Source: an uncultured Verrucomicrobiae bacterium | GTDB lineage: Bacteria; Verrucomicrobiota; Verrucomicrobiia; Chthoniobacterales; UBA10450 | Direction of reading: 5' to 3' | DNA length: 64,000 nucleotides | Assembly: GCA_963772365.1 (NCBI GenBank) | Contig: CAVYXA010000001.1 | Coordinates: 1,696,001 to 1,760,000 of the forward strand | Shown here: positions 39,609-49,421 of the stretch, in pieces | Numbering within the stretch: position 1 is the first letter of the stretch | Layout of the letters: every line of letters starts with the position of its first letter | Notes under the pieces: model-generated | The model's database searches: none | What the model saw: only the letters and a program-made list of their open reading frames with translations | Told to the model about the DNA's origin: nothing | Program-made: the position numbers and the translations under genes

Positions 39609-40259
39609 TATATTCGATTCGTCTAGCCCAAGCGTTTCCATCAACCAGAGCAGCGCCCGGCCTTTGTTCCAATCGACATCGGGCTGGAGTTCATAAACCT
39701 TTTTCCCGGAAACGATGCGAAGACCACGATGCTGGCTGGCTACTTCGGTCACCCCCTGCGCCACTGCATCTGCACCTCTCTCATCGGTGAGTCGGTAATG
39801 CGCCGCGATGGAAAAGCGTTTTTTTTCCACCAGCGCGCCGGGAACATCCGAAAGTTTTTCGCGAAGTTGCTCTGCGGCAGCATCGAGAATCGTAAGGAAT
39901 TCCGTGGCTACTTGTTTTCGCAGTCCGTCTGGCCCAACGACATCGAAACCATGACTGCCGGCGAAAATGATATTGTCGATCCCCACACGCTGGCTAATAT
40001 CGTCGAGATCGCGGCCACTAAGAATCGCAACTGTGGCGTAACGCGTGAGCGTCTGGATCGCTTCACGCATTGACGAGTACAATACAGCCAGCTCGGGCCG
40101 TTCGACGATCGGCGTAAGAGTGCCGTCGTAATCAAGAAAAACTGCCAGCCGCCGATCGGAAATGTCCAGTATCCGATCAATGTGGTCCAACGCCGACGGA
40201 ATCCGGGGACCTTCTCTGACACGATTTTTCGGGGAACGTGGCATTCCGGAATTCGTCAT
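39399..40259 (-). CDS. otsB: Trehalose-6-phosphate phosphatase
   Basis: FLDYDGTL, LSGR, GSHG, WNKG.A, YIGDDRTDEDAF. Confidence 0.95.
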   Translation of the reverse strand: MTNSGMPRSPKNRVREGPRIPSALDHIDRILDISDRRLAVFLDYDGTLTPIVERPELAVLYSSMREAIQTLTRYATVAILSGRDLDDISQRVGIDNIIFAGSHGFDVVGPDGLRKQVATEFLTILDAAAEQLREKLSDVPGALVEKKRFSIAAHYRLTDERGADAVAQGVTEVASQHRGLRIVSGKKVYELQPDVDWNKGRALLWLMETLGLDESNILLVYIGDDRTDEDAFRALDESGIGIIVTEQPRPTAAHFALRNPAEVESFLRKIASFASSRRGDPQKRNF

Positions 40260-40357
40260 GACATCTCACGATTCCCTTTCTCGCTTTGAGCGCAAGCAAC
40301 TCGCGCTCTCGACGATTTCACCTTGTGACGGACGATTCCTGTTTGCAGACTGAAGAA

Positions 40358-41788
40358 GTGCATCGACTCATCATTGTCTCCAACCGTCTCCCGTTCGCGC
40401 TGGAGCGCTCGGGAAGAGACCGCTGGAAAGTTACCGCTTCGGCAGGCGGACTCGTCAGCGCGCTTGGTCCGGTCCTGCGACAACGGGGCGGAGTCTGGAT
40501 TGGCTGGCCTGGCGTCGCGGGAGAAATTCCGCGCGCGCCATTGGCTGAGGCGACGCGCGACAGCGGGTTCGAAGTTGTGCCGGTGGCATTGAGCAACGCC
40601 GAGCGCGACGAGTTTTATTACGGCTATTCCAACGAAGTCATCTGGCCGCTGTTTCATGATCTGCAAAATTTTTGCAATTTCGAACCCGCATTCTGGCAAA
40701 CCTATCAGGCGGTAAACCAGCGGTATGCTGCGGCCATCGCCCGTCATTGTCGGCCTGACGATTTTATCTGGGTGCACGATTACCACTTGATGTATGTAGC
40801 TCAGGCGTTACGGGCGCGGGAGAAAGCGACAAAGCGTTCCAGGCTCGCTTTTTTCCTGCACATTCCGTTTCCACCCTACGACATTTTCGCCAAACTTCCG
40901 CAGCAGCAACGCCTTCTGCGCTCGCTACTTCAATTCGATCTTCTCGGCTTTCAGACCCGGCGCGATCTTAGAAATTTTCTGCAATGTGTCCGGCGCGTTT
41001 TGCCCGAAGCGGAAGCTCACGCCGGTGCGAAACTGGAACGGATCAAATTTGAAGGACGAGAAATCCGCGCCGGCAGATTTCCGATTGGGATCGATTTCGA
41101 TTCCTTTGAAAAAGGCGCACTTTCCGCCGAAGTCGCGAAGCGGGCGCACGACCTAAGCGCGGCGTTCCCCGGTTGCCAGCTTATGCTCGGGGTGGATCGA
41201 CTCGATTACAGCAAAGGGATTCCGGAGCGTTTAAGAGCGTTCCGCACGGCACTGGAACGTTACAAGGAACTGCACGGCCGAGTAGTTCTGATTCAAGTTG
41301 TTGTTCCCAGCCGCGTCGAAATCCCAAAGTACAATGAGATCAAGAACTGGATCGATCGATTAGTGGGCGAAATTAATGGCCGTTTCTCCACTGATACATG
41401 GGTCCCGGTGCACTACCGTTATCGCGGGCTCGACCACGAGGATCTCCTGGCCCACTATCGGGCCTGCGAAATTGCGCTGCTCACTCCCTTGAAGGATGGA
41501 ATGAACCTGGTGGCCAAAGAGTATTGCGCGTGTTGCATCGACAAAAACGGTGTCCTGATTCTGAGCCAGTTTGCCGGCGCCGCTGAGCAACTCAGACCCG
41601 GCGCGCTCCTGGTCAATCCATATGATATCGAACAGGTCGCCGAGGCAATTGTGAAAGCCTTTCGGATCGATACCGCGGAGCGAAATTCCCGCATAGAGCG
41701 GATGAGACGCATCGTGCGGATGGAGAATGTGTTCTGGTGGGTGGATTCATTTCTGAACGCGGGCGGGCGTGGCCCGAAGCATCATTGA
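40358..41788 (+). CDS. otsA: Trehalose-6-phosphate synthase
   Basis: VSNRLP, AGGLVSAL, WVHDYHL, FFLHIPFP, GVDRLDYSKG, DGMNLVAKEY. Confidence 0.96.
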   Translation: MHRLIIVSNRLPFALERSGRDRWKVTASAGGLVSALGPVLRQRGGVWIGWPGVAGEIPRAPLAEATRDSGFEVVPVALSNAERDEFYYGYSNEVIWPLFHDLQNFCNFEPAFWQTYQAVNQRYAAAIARHCRPDDFIWVHDYHLMYVAQALRAREKATKRSRLAFFLHIPFPPYDIFAKLPQQQRLLRSLLQFDLLGFQTRRDLRNFLQCVRRVLPEAEAHAGAKLERIKFEGREIRAGRFPIGIDFDSFEKGALSAEVAKRAHDLSAAFPGCQLMLGVDRLDYSKGIPERLRAFRTALERYKELHGRVVLIQVVVPSRVEIPKYNEIKNWIDRLVGEINGRFSTDTWVPVHYRYRGLDHEDLLAHYRACEIALLTPLKDGMNLVAKEYCACCIDKNGVLILSQFAGAAEQLRPGALLVNPYDIEQVAEAIVKAFRIDTAERNSRIERMRRIVRMENVFWWVDSFLNAGGRGPKHH

Positions 41789-41822
41789 CTTTCCCGGGCG
41801 TGGTCATTAAAACGCGAGGATT

Positions 41823-42713
41823 ATGGCGACGATCCACGTAAACCGCGGCGCAACAAACCTCGGAGTATTTTCCGAAGAAGAAGTTCGTGAAGGTCTTAGT
41901 ACCGGGCGTTTTCTCCCTAACGATCTTGGCTGGAGCGAAGGCATGCCGAGCTGGAAACAGCTCTCGCAATTTCCAGAGTTCGCAGCGGGACCCGCTCCAT
42001 CGGCAGCGCCCACCCAGCCGGCCGGAGAATCGACGATCACGCCCGCCGCGGTGGGATCGACATCGGAATCGCCAGTCGGAAGGACCGGTCTTCCCTGGGA
42101 ACATCGCGAAGAGCGCGGACTTTTTACCGCATTTTTTGAGACACTTGCGATGGTGTTGACCAAGCCCGACCTGGCGTTCCGAACAATGAGAACGGATGGA
42201 GGGCTGGGCGACCCATTGCTCTACGCAATCATCGGAGGCGGCGTTGGCGTCATAGTTTGGTTCCTTGTCTCGCTGGGGCTCAATTCGCTCGGGATCTTCG
42301 CGCCTCGACAGACTGGATACGGGCCAATGTTTGGGATGACAGTGAGCGCGATGGTATTCTTGTGGCGGCTGGTCGGGATCGCGGTGGCGCCATTCATCTT
42401 CGGCGGCTTGATTCACCTCTCGCTTCTGCTAATCGGGGGCGCCAGAAAGACATTTGAAACGACCTTTCGGGTCGTCTCGTTTTCTCAGGGTTCTACTGCC
42501 CCGCTTCAACTTGTTCCGTGCTGCGGAGGGTTGATCGCTCTGGTTTGGTGGTTGGTCGCCAATTGCATCGGCGTGGCGCGCGCACACGAAATCGACACTG
42601 GTCGCGCAGCACTCGCTGTGTTCCTGCCGGTCATTGTTTGCTGTGGCGGAGGACTGGTGCTGGCATTCATGTTCGGCGGATTCGCCGCGCTTCAGCACAA
42701 CTGGAATCACTGA
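41823..42713 (+). CDS. GYF_2 (DUF4339) plus Yip1-like membrane protein
   Basis: N-terminal LGWSEGMPSWKQL; LPWE followed by multiple TM segments. Confidence 0.75.
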   Translation: MATIHVNRGATNLGVFSEEEVREGLSTGRFLPNDLGWSEGMPSWKQLSQFPEFAAGPAPSAAPTQPAGESTITPAAVGSTSESPVGRTGLPWEHREERGLFTAFFETLAMVLTKPDLAFRTMRTDGGLGDPLLYAIIGGGVGVIVWFLVSLGLNSLGIFAPRQTGYGPMFGMTVSAMVFLWRLVGIAVAPFIFGGLIHLSLLLIGGARKTFETTFRVVSFSQGSTAPLQLVPCCGGLIALVWWLVANCIGVARAHEIDTGRAALAVFLPVIVCCGGGLVLAFMFGGFAALQHNWNH

Positions 42714-42716
42714 GTT

Positions 42717-43139
42717 GTGCGGGTAGGAATTCGCCGGTTGGAGAAAAACGAGATTGATCACGAGCTGATCTGGCTAACGGCATCGCTAGTTTCGTTCACT
42801 CTTGCCGCCGGTTGGTTCGTCGTCGGCTTACCATGGCCGCATTGTGCATTTCACGATCTTACCGGCCTGCCCTGCCTCACCTGCGGAATGACCCGCTGCT
42901 CGATTCAATTTGCCCAGGCGCATTTTTTCGCTGCCTGGGAGTGGAATCCACTCGTCTTTGCTTGCTTGTGCGGCGTTGTGATATTCAATCTATACGCTTT
43001 TGCTGTCCTCATAACCGGCGCACCGCGATTGCGAATTCGGTTTTCGACCGATTCGGAGAAAAAGTGGGCGCGGTTTCTTGTGATCGCAGCGCTTGGATCA
43101 AATTGGATTTATGTCCTGAGCCATTGGCGCCATTTTTAG
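42717..43139 (+). CDS. DUF2752 membrane protein
   Basis: CAFHDLTGLPCLTCGMTR...AWEWNPL. Confidence 0.85.
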   Translation: MRVGIRRLEKNEIDHELIWLTASLVSFTLAAGWFVVGLPWPHCAFHDLTGLPCLTCGMTRCSIQFAQAHFFAAWEWNPLVFACLCGVVIFNLYAFAVLITGAPRLRIRFSTDSEKKWARFLVIAALGSNWIYVLSHWRHF

Positions 43140-43188
43140 GGGCGACACGCACTTTGTGCGAAACCGAAAACCGGCGTAAAGATTAGCA

Positions 43189-44634
43189 ATGTCGTCCGAT
43201 CCTTCATCACCCATTGACTTGCTGGACCTGAAACTGTTACCGGCTTGGGTAAAGGAACCCGCCGACGGCAAAAGTTTCGAACATTACACAGGAGAAGAAG
43301 AAGCGCCGCGCGCAAAACAGAAGCGCTCAAATCGAAGAGACTTTGAACGGCAACCTCCCAGATCAAGAGGTAAACAGAAATCGAACCGCCGAGATCGTCC
43401 TCAACATCGACACGATCGAACGCAAAATCGCCACCGCGAGTCAGCGCCGCCCATCCATCGGCCGCTGGAGGTGACCATCCGTTTTCTGCCGCGTTCCGCG
43501 GCGTTTGAGAATGTGACCGCCCAAATTAAATCCGGCGCCGTGGCCTATTCTCTGTTTCATCTCGCCCGTTTATTTTTAGAACGACCGGAACGCTATGATG
43601 TTCGTCTCACCTCAAAACCGGAATCACCGCTCCATCAGCTTGGCGAGAATGGTACAATCGCGGTCGATCGCGAATTCCTCGAGGAACGGGCCTTTCGTCT
43701 GGCCCAGGAAGATTTTTACAAGATCGACATCACGCAAGGCGAGCCGATCAAGGGAAATTTCGTAAGCGTGGCCCGGGACCGGTTGAGCGGGACATTGTTA
43801 GGCCCGACGAACTATCACACTTATCAACCGCGATTGCGGACACTTTACGAGCAACGGTTTAGCCGGCGCATGAGCTTTGCCGATTATCAGCGGCAGATCG
43901 AGATTGTGAGTGATCCAGCGCTGGTGGAACGCTGGAAAGATGAAGCGCAAAAAATCACGACGTTCACCGCCGTGCGCGAAGAACCTGCGGCCGCCTTCTC
44001 ATCGATGGCAGATGCGGAGCGACATTTTCGATCCAACTACCTTCCCGGTTTGGTCCGGACCACAGAGGAGGCGACGATCGACGGCGTCTCGAGCCGGCGT
44101 TTGCCGGATCGCGCGTTGAATCGCGCAGTCGAAGAAGCGTGGGTGCGCGAAAATCGCTCGCCATCCAATCTGATGCAGGAATTAGCCAGCCGTTTTCGAC
44201 AAGCCGGTCTCCATGTTTTTCGGCATCGCCGCGGCATGTTATTCGTTTCGTCGATTCGCGATCGCGCATTGGTTCACGAGCAAGCCGCAGTTTCGCCATC
44301 CATCAATTCGATCCTCGAAGCATTGGCCGCAACTCCCGGGATAAATCGCAAACAATTGGCCGAGAAACTAATTGTCGATCTTCCGCCTGAAATGGCCGAA
44401 TCGCGCAAGCTCGCCCTCGCTTCGGATTTGCATTGGCTGATCCGCGAAGGTCACATCATCGAGTTCAGCGATGGCGCGCTCGATTTGCCACGGGTTAGAG
44501 TCAAACCGCCGGAAAAGGCGGAGCCGGCCACAGTGACAGATACGGAATCAACTTCGCCGTTGTCTGAAACAGAAGCGCCGAGCGCTCAGCCGCCGACTAC
44601 TTTGAGCGCCTGCTCGGAATCGGCCCCTTCATAG
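43189..44634 (+). CDS. Hypothetical protein
   Basis: 481-aa ORF; Arg-rich N-terminus, LGPTNYH.YQ, LASDLHWLIREGHIIEF. Confidence 0.75.
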   Translation: MSSDPSSPIDLLDLKLLPAWVKEPADGKSFEHYTGEEEAPRAKQKRSNRRDFERQPPRSRGKQKSNRRDRPQHRHDRTQNRHRESAPPIHRPLEVTIRFLPRSAAFENVTAQIKSGAVAYSLFHLARLFLERPERYDVRLTSKPESPLHQLGENGTIAVDREFLEERAFRLAQEDFYKIDITQGEPIKGNFVSVARDRLSGTLLGPTNYHTYQPRLRTLYEQRFSRRMSFADYQRQIEIVSDPALVERWKDEAQKITTFTAVREEPAAAFSSMADAERHFRSNYLPGLVRTTEEATIDGVSSRRLPDRALNRAVEEAWVRENRSPSNLMQELASRFRQAGLHVFRHRRGMLFVSSIRDRALVHEQAAVSPSINSILEALAATPGINRKQLAEKLIVDLPPEMAESRKLALASDLHWLIREGHIIEFSDGALDLPRVRVKPPEKAEPATVTDTESTSPLSETEAPSAQPPTTLSACSESAPS

Positions 44635-44981
44635 CGGACGACTTCGTTTTTGTTGTTTAACACCGCGACCCGCGGTTCATGAATCACTGCTTCTTCCGGA
44701 GTGTACTGCCCGAAGTTCATGATCGTAATGCGGTCGCCGATTTTCCCAAGATGCGCGGTAGCGCCATTCAGTTCGATTAATCCACGCCGCGGCTCTCCGT
44801 AAATCGCATAGGTTTCGAAACGTTCGCCGTTGCGCAGGTTGGACACGAGAATTTTTTCGTAAGGAGCCAGATGAACCAGCTTCGCCAGATCGGCTGAAAT
44901 CGTAAGACTGCCTTCGTAGTCCAGGCTCGCTCCGGTAACTGCAGCACGATGAATTTTCGATTTGAGAAGAGTGATTTGCAT
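44586..44981 (-). CDS. panD: Aspartate 1-decarboxylase
   Basis: LKSKIHRA.VT, YEGSLT cleavage site, NGERFETY, LNGA.A. Confidence 0.96.
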   Translation of the reverse strand: MQITLLKSKIHRAAVTGASLDYEGSLTISADLAKLVHLAPYEKILVSNLRNGERFETYAIYGEPRRGLIELNGATAHLGKIGDRITIMNFGQYTPEEAVIHEPRVAVLNNKNEVVRYEGADSEQALKVVGG

Positions 44982-45028
44982 TCCGATCCAGTTCGGCAGC
45001 GCCAGTTCTCAACGAACGATCCGGCGAC

Positions 45029-45298
45029 TTATTTCCCAATCACGCCAGCTTTTTTCAGGGCCCGATAGGCGCCATTTTTGTTGATCGTCTTGAGACCACG
45101 CGCAGTCACACGGATCCGGACATACTTCTTCAGCTCCGGCACCCAGATTCGGTGTTCATGCAAGTTCGGCGCGAAAATTCGCGGTACATTTTTCGTTACA
45201 TGCCGGCCAACGCCTCCCTTTTTCTTGGCCATACCCCGCCGATGAATCACGCTCCCGCGTCGGGCCCTTGTTCCTGTGATACTGCAAACCTTTGACAT
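45029..45298 (-). CDS. rpmB: 50S ribosomal protein L28
   Basis: MSKVCSITG, R.F.PNL, GLKTINKNG. Confidence 0.93.
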   Translation of the reverse strand: MSKVCSITGTRARRGSVIHRRGMAKKKGGVGRHVTKNVPRIFAPNLHEHRIWVPELKKYVRIRVTARGLKTINKNGAYRALKKAGVIGK

Positions 45299-45458
45299 GA
45301 TTTGGAAAAAGTCAGCTCGCGAAAGCCTTCGGAGCCGCGTAAGCTGCTGTGTATCGGCGCATGGGTCAAGCGAATCTTGAACAACAGGCACGCGGTGCGG
45401 TCAGATTTATCTCGCTTACATCTGACAACATTTGCAGGATCGACAATCCAATTCGGAG

Positions 45459-46499
45459 ATGATGCAAAAAAATGACCATAAATTGCGGCTCGGGATTGTC
45501 GGAGCGGGCAACATCGTACGCACGCGTCACCTGCCAGGATTGAAACGCCGGCCCGACGTCGAGATCGTCGCTGTGTCGAACTTGACCTATGACAGCTCGG
45601 AAAAATTTTGTCAGGAACATCTGCCCCACGCCACACCGATGCAGAACTGGGCTGATTTGGTTGCTCTGCCCGACCTCGATGTAGTCTGGATCGGCACGCC
45701 GCCCTACATGCATTCTGCGGTGACGGTTTCCGCTTTAGAAGCTGGCAAACATGTCTTTTGCCAGGCCCGGATGTCGATGGATTTGGCGGAAGCTGAAGAA
45801 ATGCTGGCAGCGGCGAAACGTTATCCAGAATTGGTCACGATGCTTTGCCCGCCGCCATTCGGTTTGCGCGCGGACCTGCTGGTGAAGAAATTTTTGGCAG
45901 AAGATTACATCGGACGACCCCATCACGTGCGCTTGCAAAGTTTCACCGGGAATTATCTCAATCCGGATACGCCTGCACATTGGCGGCAACGAATTGAAAT
46001 CAGCGGGCTCAACGTGCTCACCCTGGGAATTTACGTGGAAGTCCTGCAACGCTGGCTCGGTGATATCACTGGCGTTTTTGCCCGAGGCAAGATTGTTCAT
46101 CCCGTGCGACAGGGCTATGAGATCGTCATTCCCGATTTGCTTACCGTGCTCTGCACTTTCGCCAGTGGGGCGGAAGGCGTTCTCGAGTTCAGCGGCGTAA
46201 ATGCGCACGCCACCGGAGATCGATTGGAGATTTATGGCGCGCTTGGAACATTATCCTACGATTTTACTTCCGATATTGTTCAAGTCGGCCGTCTCGGAGA
46301 TCGAGCATTGCATGTTGTCGATGTGCCGCCGGATATGGAAGGCGGCTGGCATGTGGAAGACGATTTTCTCGCTGCCGTGAAATCCAAAGGCCGGATTCGG
46401 CCGCGGCCGAATTTCGAAGAAGGCGTCCGCTACATGCGCGTCGTCCAGGCAGTGGCGGATTCCCGCGCACGCAACGAATGGGTTCAGATCCAGCGATGA
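45459..46499 (+). CDS. Gfo/Idh/MocA oxidoreductase
   Basis: GIVGAG.I, IGTPPYMH, AGKHVFCQARM. Confidence 0.9.
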   Translation: MMQKNDHKLRLGIVGAGNIVRTRHLPGLKRRPDVEIVAVSNLTYDSSEKFCQEHLPHATPMQNWADLVALPDLDVVWIGTPPYMHSAVTVSALEAGKHVFCQARMSMDLAEAEEMLAAAKRYPELVTMLCPPPFGLRADLLVKKFLAEDYIGRPHHVRLQSFTGNYLNPDTPAHWRQRIEISGLNVLTLGIYVEVLQRWLGDITGVFARGKIVHPVRQGYEIVIPDLLTVLCTFASGAEGVLEFSGVNAHATGDRLEIYGALGTLSYDFTSDIVQVGRLGDRALHVVDVPPDMEGGWHVEDDFLAAVKSKGRIRPRPNFEEGVRYMRVVQAVADSRARNEWVQIQR

Positions 46500-47137
46500 A
46501 CAAATTTGATGAAATGAGAACCGCACAACACGAATATGGCGTTAACGAAATCGCCGAGCTTTTCCCCCCATTGATGCAAATCAAGGATCAATCGCTGCGC
46601 GAAAAAGTTGCTGCTGTCTGGAATGAAGCAATCACCACCGGCTGTGGTGGGAAAGGCTGGACCTTCGACGAGCTGCGCGCGGTGAAGTTCACCCTCCTGG
46701 CCGGCGACATCGATATGAAATTTGTCGAGCATCTCAATTCCTGCGCGCTGCAGTGCGTCGCCATTGCCGATGTGCTCGAGAAATCGTTCCGCTGCGACAT
46801 TCCAATCAAACGTGATTATCTCATCGCCGGATCGCTGCTGGCTGACGTCGGAAAACCGCTGGAATATGACAAAGACGCGTCAGGCAAGGTTGTGCAGGGC
46901 ACATTTGGCCAGCAACTTCGACATCCCTTCAGCGGTGTCGCGCTCGCTTACAAACACGGGATTCCCGGCGAAGTGATGCACATGATCGCGACCCACAGTC
47001 ACGAGGGCGACAAAGTCGAACGCTCAATCGAATCGATCATCTTCCATCACGCCGACTTCGTCGATTTCGATATCGCCAAGTGGCTTGGCAAGCACGCGGC
47101 CGGGAGGCCTGTCCGCGAATCACACGAATCACGCTAA
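46496..47137 (+). CDS. HD-superfamily protein
   Basis: FVEH, LLADVGK (the HD His appears as Ala), LRHPFSG, IATHS.EG, HHADF; ATGA overlap with the upstream gene. Confidence 0.8.
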   Translation: MNKFDEMRTAQHEYGVNEIAELFPPLMQIKDQSLREKVAAVWNEAITTGCGGKGWTFDELRAVKFTLLAGDIDMKFVEHLNSCALQCVAIADVLEKSFRCDIPIKRDYLIAGSLLADVGKPLEYDKDASGKVVQGTFGQQLRHPFSGVALAYKHGIPGEVMHMIATHSHEGDKVERSIESIIFHHADFVDFDIAKWLGKHAAGRPVRESHESR

Positions 47138-47162
47138 AACAAAATCGCGCAGCGGGTGAAAT

Positions 47163-47228
47163 TGTAGGGCAAGCGCTCCGCTTGCCTCTGTTTAGTTTAG
47201 ATCTGGCAAGCGACGCGCTTGCCCTACA
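47163..47228. repeat. GTAG-type REP doublet
   Basis: TGTAGGGCAAGCG...CGCTTGCCCTACA. Confidence 0.8.
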
Positions 47229-47296
47229 TCGGCATTTCTCGATTCAGAACAAATTGACGGCTATGATCCTTGCGTTCTTTATTTAGAATAAGTGAT

Positions 47297-49273
47297 ATGG
47301 GTTTGACACTGGTTGAAAAAATTGCGGCACGACACGCCGATGGGCTCAAACCGGGAACTGTTGTCCGCAGTGGCGATTTTGTTTCGATTCGTCCGCGTCA
47401 TGTGATGACGCATGACAATACCGGCGCGGTAATTCCGAAGTTCAAGCAAATTGGCGCGACCAAGATTGCCGATTCGGCGCAGCCCGTTTTTGCAATCGAT
47501 CACGATATTCAAAACACGACGCCGAAAAACTTGGAGAAATACGCCAAGATCGAAGCGTTCGCTGCCGAGCACGGAATCGATTTTTACCCGGCTGGCACGG
47601 GCATTTCGCACCAGGTGATGGTGGAACAAGGTTACGTCGTTCCGGGTGCGCTCGTGGTCGCGAGCGATTCGCATTCGAATCTGTACGGCGCGATCGGCGC
47701 GCTGGGCACGCCGGTAGTGCGAACCGACGCCGCGAGCATCTGGGCAACCGGAGTCACCTGGTGGCAGGTTCCGAAGGTCGCGAAGGTTTTACTAAAAGGA
47801 AATCTTTCCGCCGGTGTCACCGGCAAGGACGTCATCATCGCGCTGTGCGGACTCTTCAACAAAGACGAGGTGCTGAATCACGCGGTTGAATTTCTGGGCG
47901 ATGGCGTGGCAAAGCTGCCGATGTCGGCGCGCATGACCATCGCCAACATGACGACCGAATGGGGCGCGCTCGCCGGTGTGTTTCCATTCGATGAAGTAAC
48001 GGTGAATTATTTGCGCTCGCGCGTCCCGGAATTCAGCAATCCAAATCGCCCGGGAAAACGTAGCCCGAAAAGTCGCTCCGGGTACACCAAGATCGACATC
48101 GACAACTGGTGGAAGAATCGAAGTGAGTTGAGCGCTGATGCCGACGCGGGTTACGCCATAGAGCTTGAGCTCGATCTGGCCACGGTCGTTCCGCACGTCT
48201 CCGGCCCTAACGAAGTGAAAACGATGGTGTCGCTCCCGGAAATGCAGCGGAAATACGTGCCCATTCAAAAGGCATATTTGTTGTCATGCGTGAATGCGCG
48301 CTTTGAGGATCTGCATGACGCGGCCGAAGTCATCCGCGCGCGCGGCGGACGTGTTGCCGAGGGTGTCGAATTTTATTTGGCCCCGGCTAGCGCCGAAGTG
48401 CAGGCCAAGTCCGAGTCCAACGGCGATTGGAAAACTTTGCTCGATGCCGGTGCGATTCCGCTGCCACCTGGTTGCGGCGCGTGCATCGGCCTTGGGAAGG
48501 GACTGGTCGGCAAAGGGGAAACCGCAATCAGCGCCACCAATCGAAATTTCAAAGGGCGCATGGGTGATCGCGACGCTCTGGTGTATTTAGGCTCGCCCGC
48601 GGTCGTAGCAGCCAGCGCGCTGGCTGGATTTATTTGCGCGCCAAAAGATTTCGCCGAGCGCGCCGCAGGCACAGCAATTCGGCGCACTGAAAAGAAAGCG
48701 GAGCCAACAGGCTCGGTCGAAATCATCAACGGTTTCCCCTCAAGCGTGCACGGTCGCATTCTCTTTCTCGATAAGGACAATTTGAACACGGACGGAATTT
48801 ACGGCAGCAAACACACTTATCGCGACGATATGACGCCGGAAGAAATGGCCGCGGTCACGTTTGAAAACTACGATCCGAACTTTAACACGCTCTATCAAAA
48901 GGGCGACGTCGTGGTTGGCGGACTCAACTTTGGCAGCGGCTCGAGCCGGGAACAGGCGGCCACGGCGCTAAAGTTCAAAGGCATTCCCTGCGTCATCGCC
49001 GCGAGCTTTTCGGAGACCTACAAGCGCAATGCGTTCAACAACGGCTTCGTCGTGTTTGAATGTCCGGAGTTGGTGATGCATCTGCGCGCGACATTGAAAA
49101 ATCGCGCGCCGACGACTGTCGCGTCCGAGATCATGATCGATTACGGCAAATCGGTGCTGACCACCGGTGGAAAATCATTCGCCTTCCCGCCGCTCAGTCC
49201 AGCTGCACAAGAATTGATCGTAGCCGGCGGCGCGGAAAATCTGGTGGCATCGCGGCTCCGCGCGAAGGCATGA
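47297..49273 (+). CDS. lysF: Single-chain homoaconitase-like hydratase
   Basis: MTHDN, DHD, SDSHSN, SCVN and CGACIG Fe-S ligands, SATNRNF.GRMG, NFGSGSSREQA; large and small subunits fused. Confidence 0.85.
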   Translation: MGLTLVEKIAARHADGLKPGTVVRSGDFVSIRPRHVMTHDNTGAVIPKFKQIGATKIADSAQPVFAIDHDIQNTTPKNLEKYAKIEAFAAEHGIDFYPAGTGISHQVMVEQGYVVPGALVVASDSHSNLYGAIGALGTPVVRTDAASIWATGVTWWQVPKVAKVLLKGNLSAGVTGKDVIIALCGLFNKDEVLNHAVEFLGDGVAKLPMSARMTIANMTTEWGALAGVFPFDEVTVNYLRSRVPEFSNPNRPGKRSPKSRSGYTKIDIDNWWKNRSELSADADAGYAIELELDLATVVPHVSGPNEVKTMVSLPEMQRKYVPIQKAYLLSCVNARFEDLHDAAEVIRARGGRVAEGVEFYLAPASAEVQAKSESNGDWKTLLDAGAIPLPPGCGACIGLGKGLVGKGETAISATNRNFKGRMGDRDALVYLGSPAVVAASALAGFICAPKDFAERAAGTAIRRTEKKAEPTGSVEIINGFPSSVHGRILFLDKDNLNTDGIYGSKHTYRDDMTPEEMAAVTFENYDPNFNTLYQKGDVVVGGLNFGSGSSREQAATALKFKGIPCVIAASFSETYKRNAFNNGFVVFECPELVMHLRATLKNRAPTTVASEIMIDYGKSVLTTGGKSFAFPPLSPAAQELIVAGGAENLVASRLRAKA

Positions 49274-49279
49274 GTTTTT

Positions 49280-49353
49280 ACCACACAGCGCACAGAGAAC
49301 ACGGAGGAAATGCTAGAGTTTGTAGTCTCTGCGAACTCTGTGATCTCTGTGGT
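49280..49353. repeat. Imperfect palindromic intergenic repeat (ACCAC...GTGGT)
   Basis: CACAGAG / CTCTGTG sub-repeats in inverted orientation. Confidence 0.6.
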
Positions 49354-49421
49354 GAATTCTCTTTGGTTTGAATCTTAGCCACGCTTGCACGCGCGCGGGG
49401 CTCCGATAAAATCGACATCCT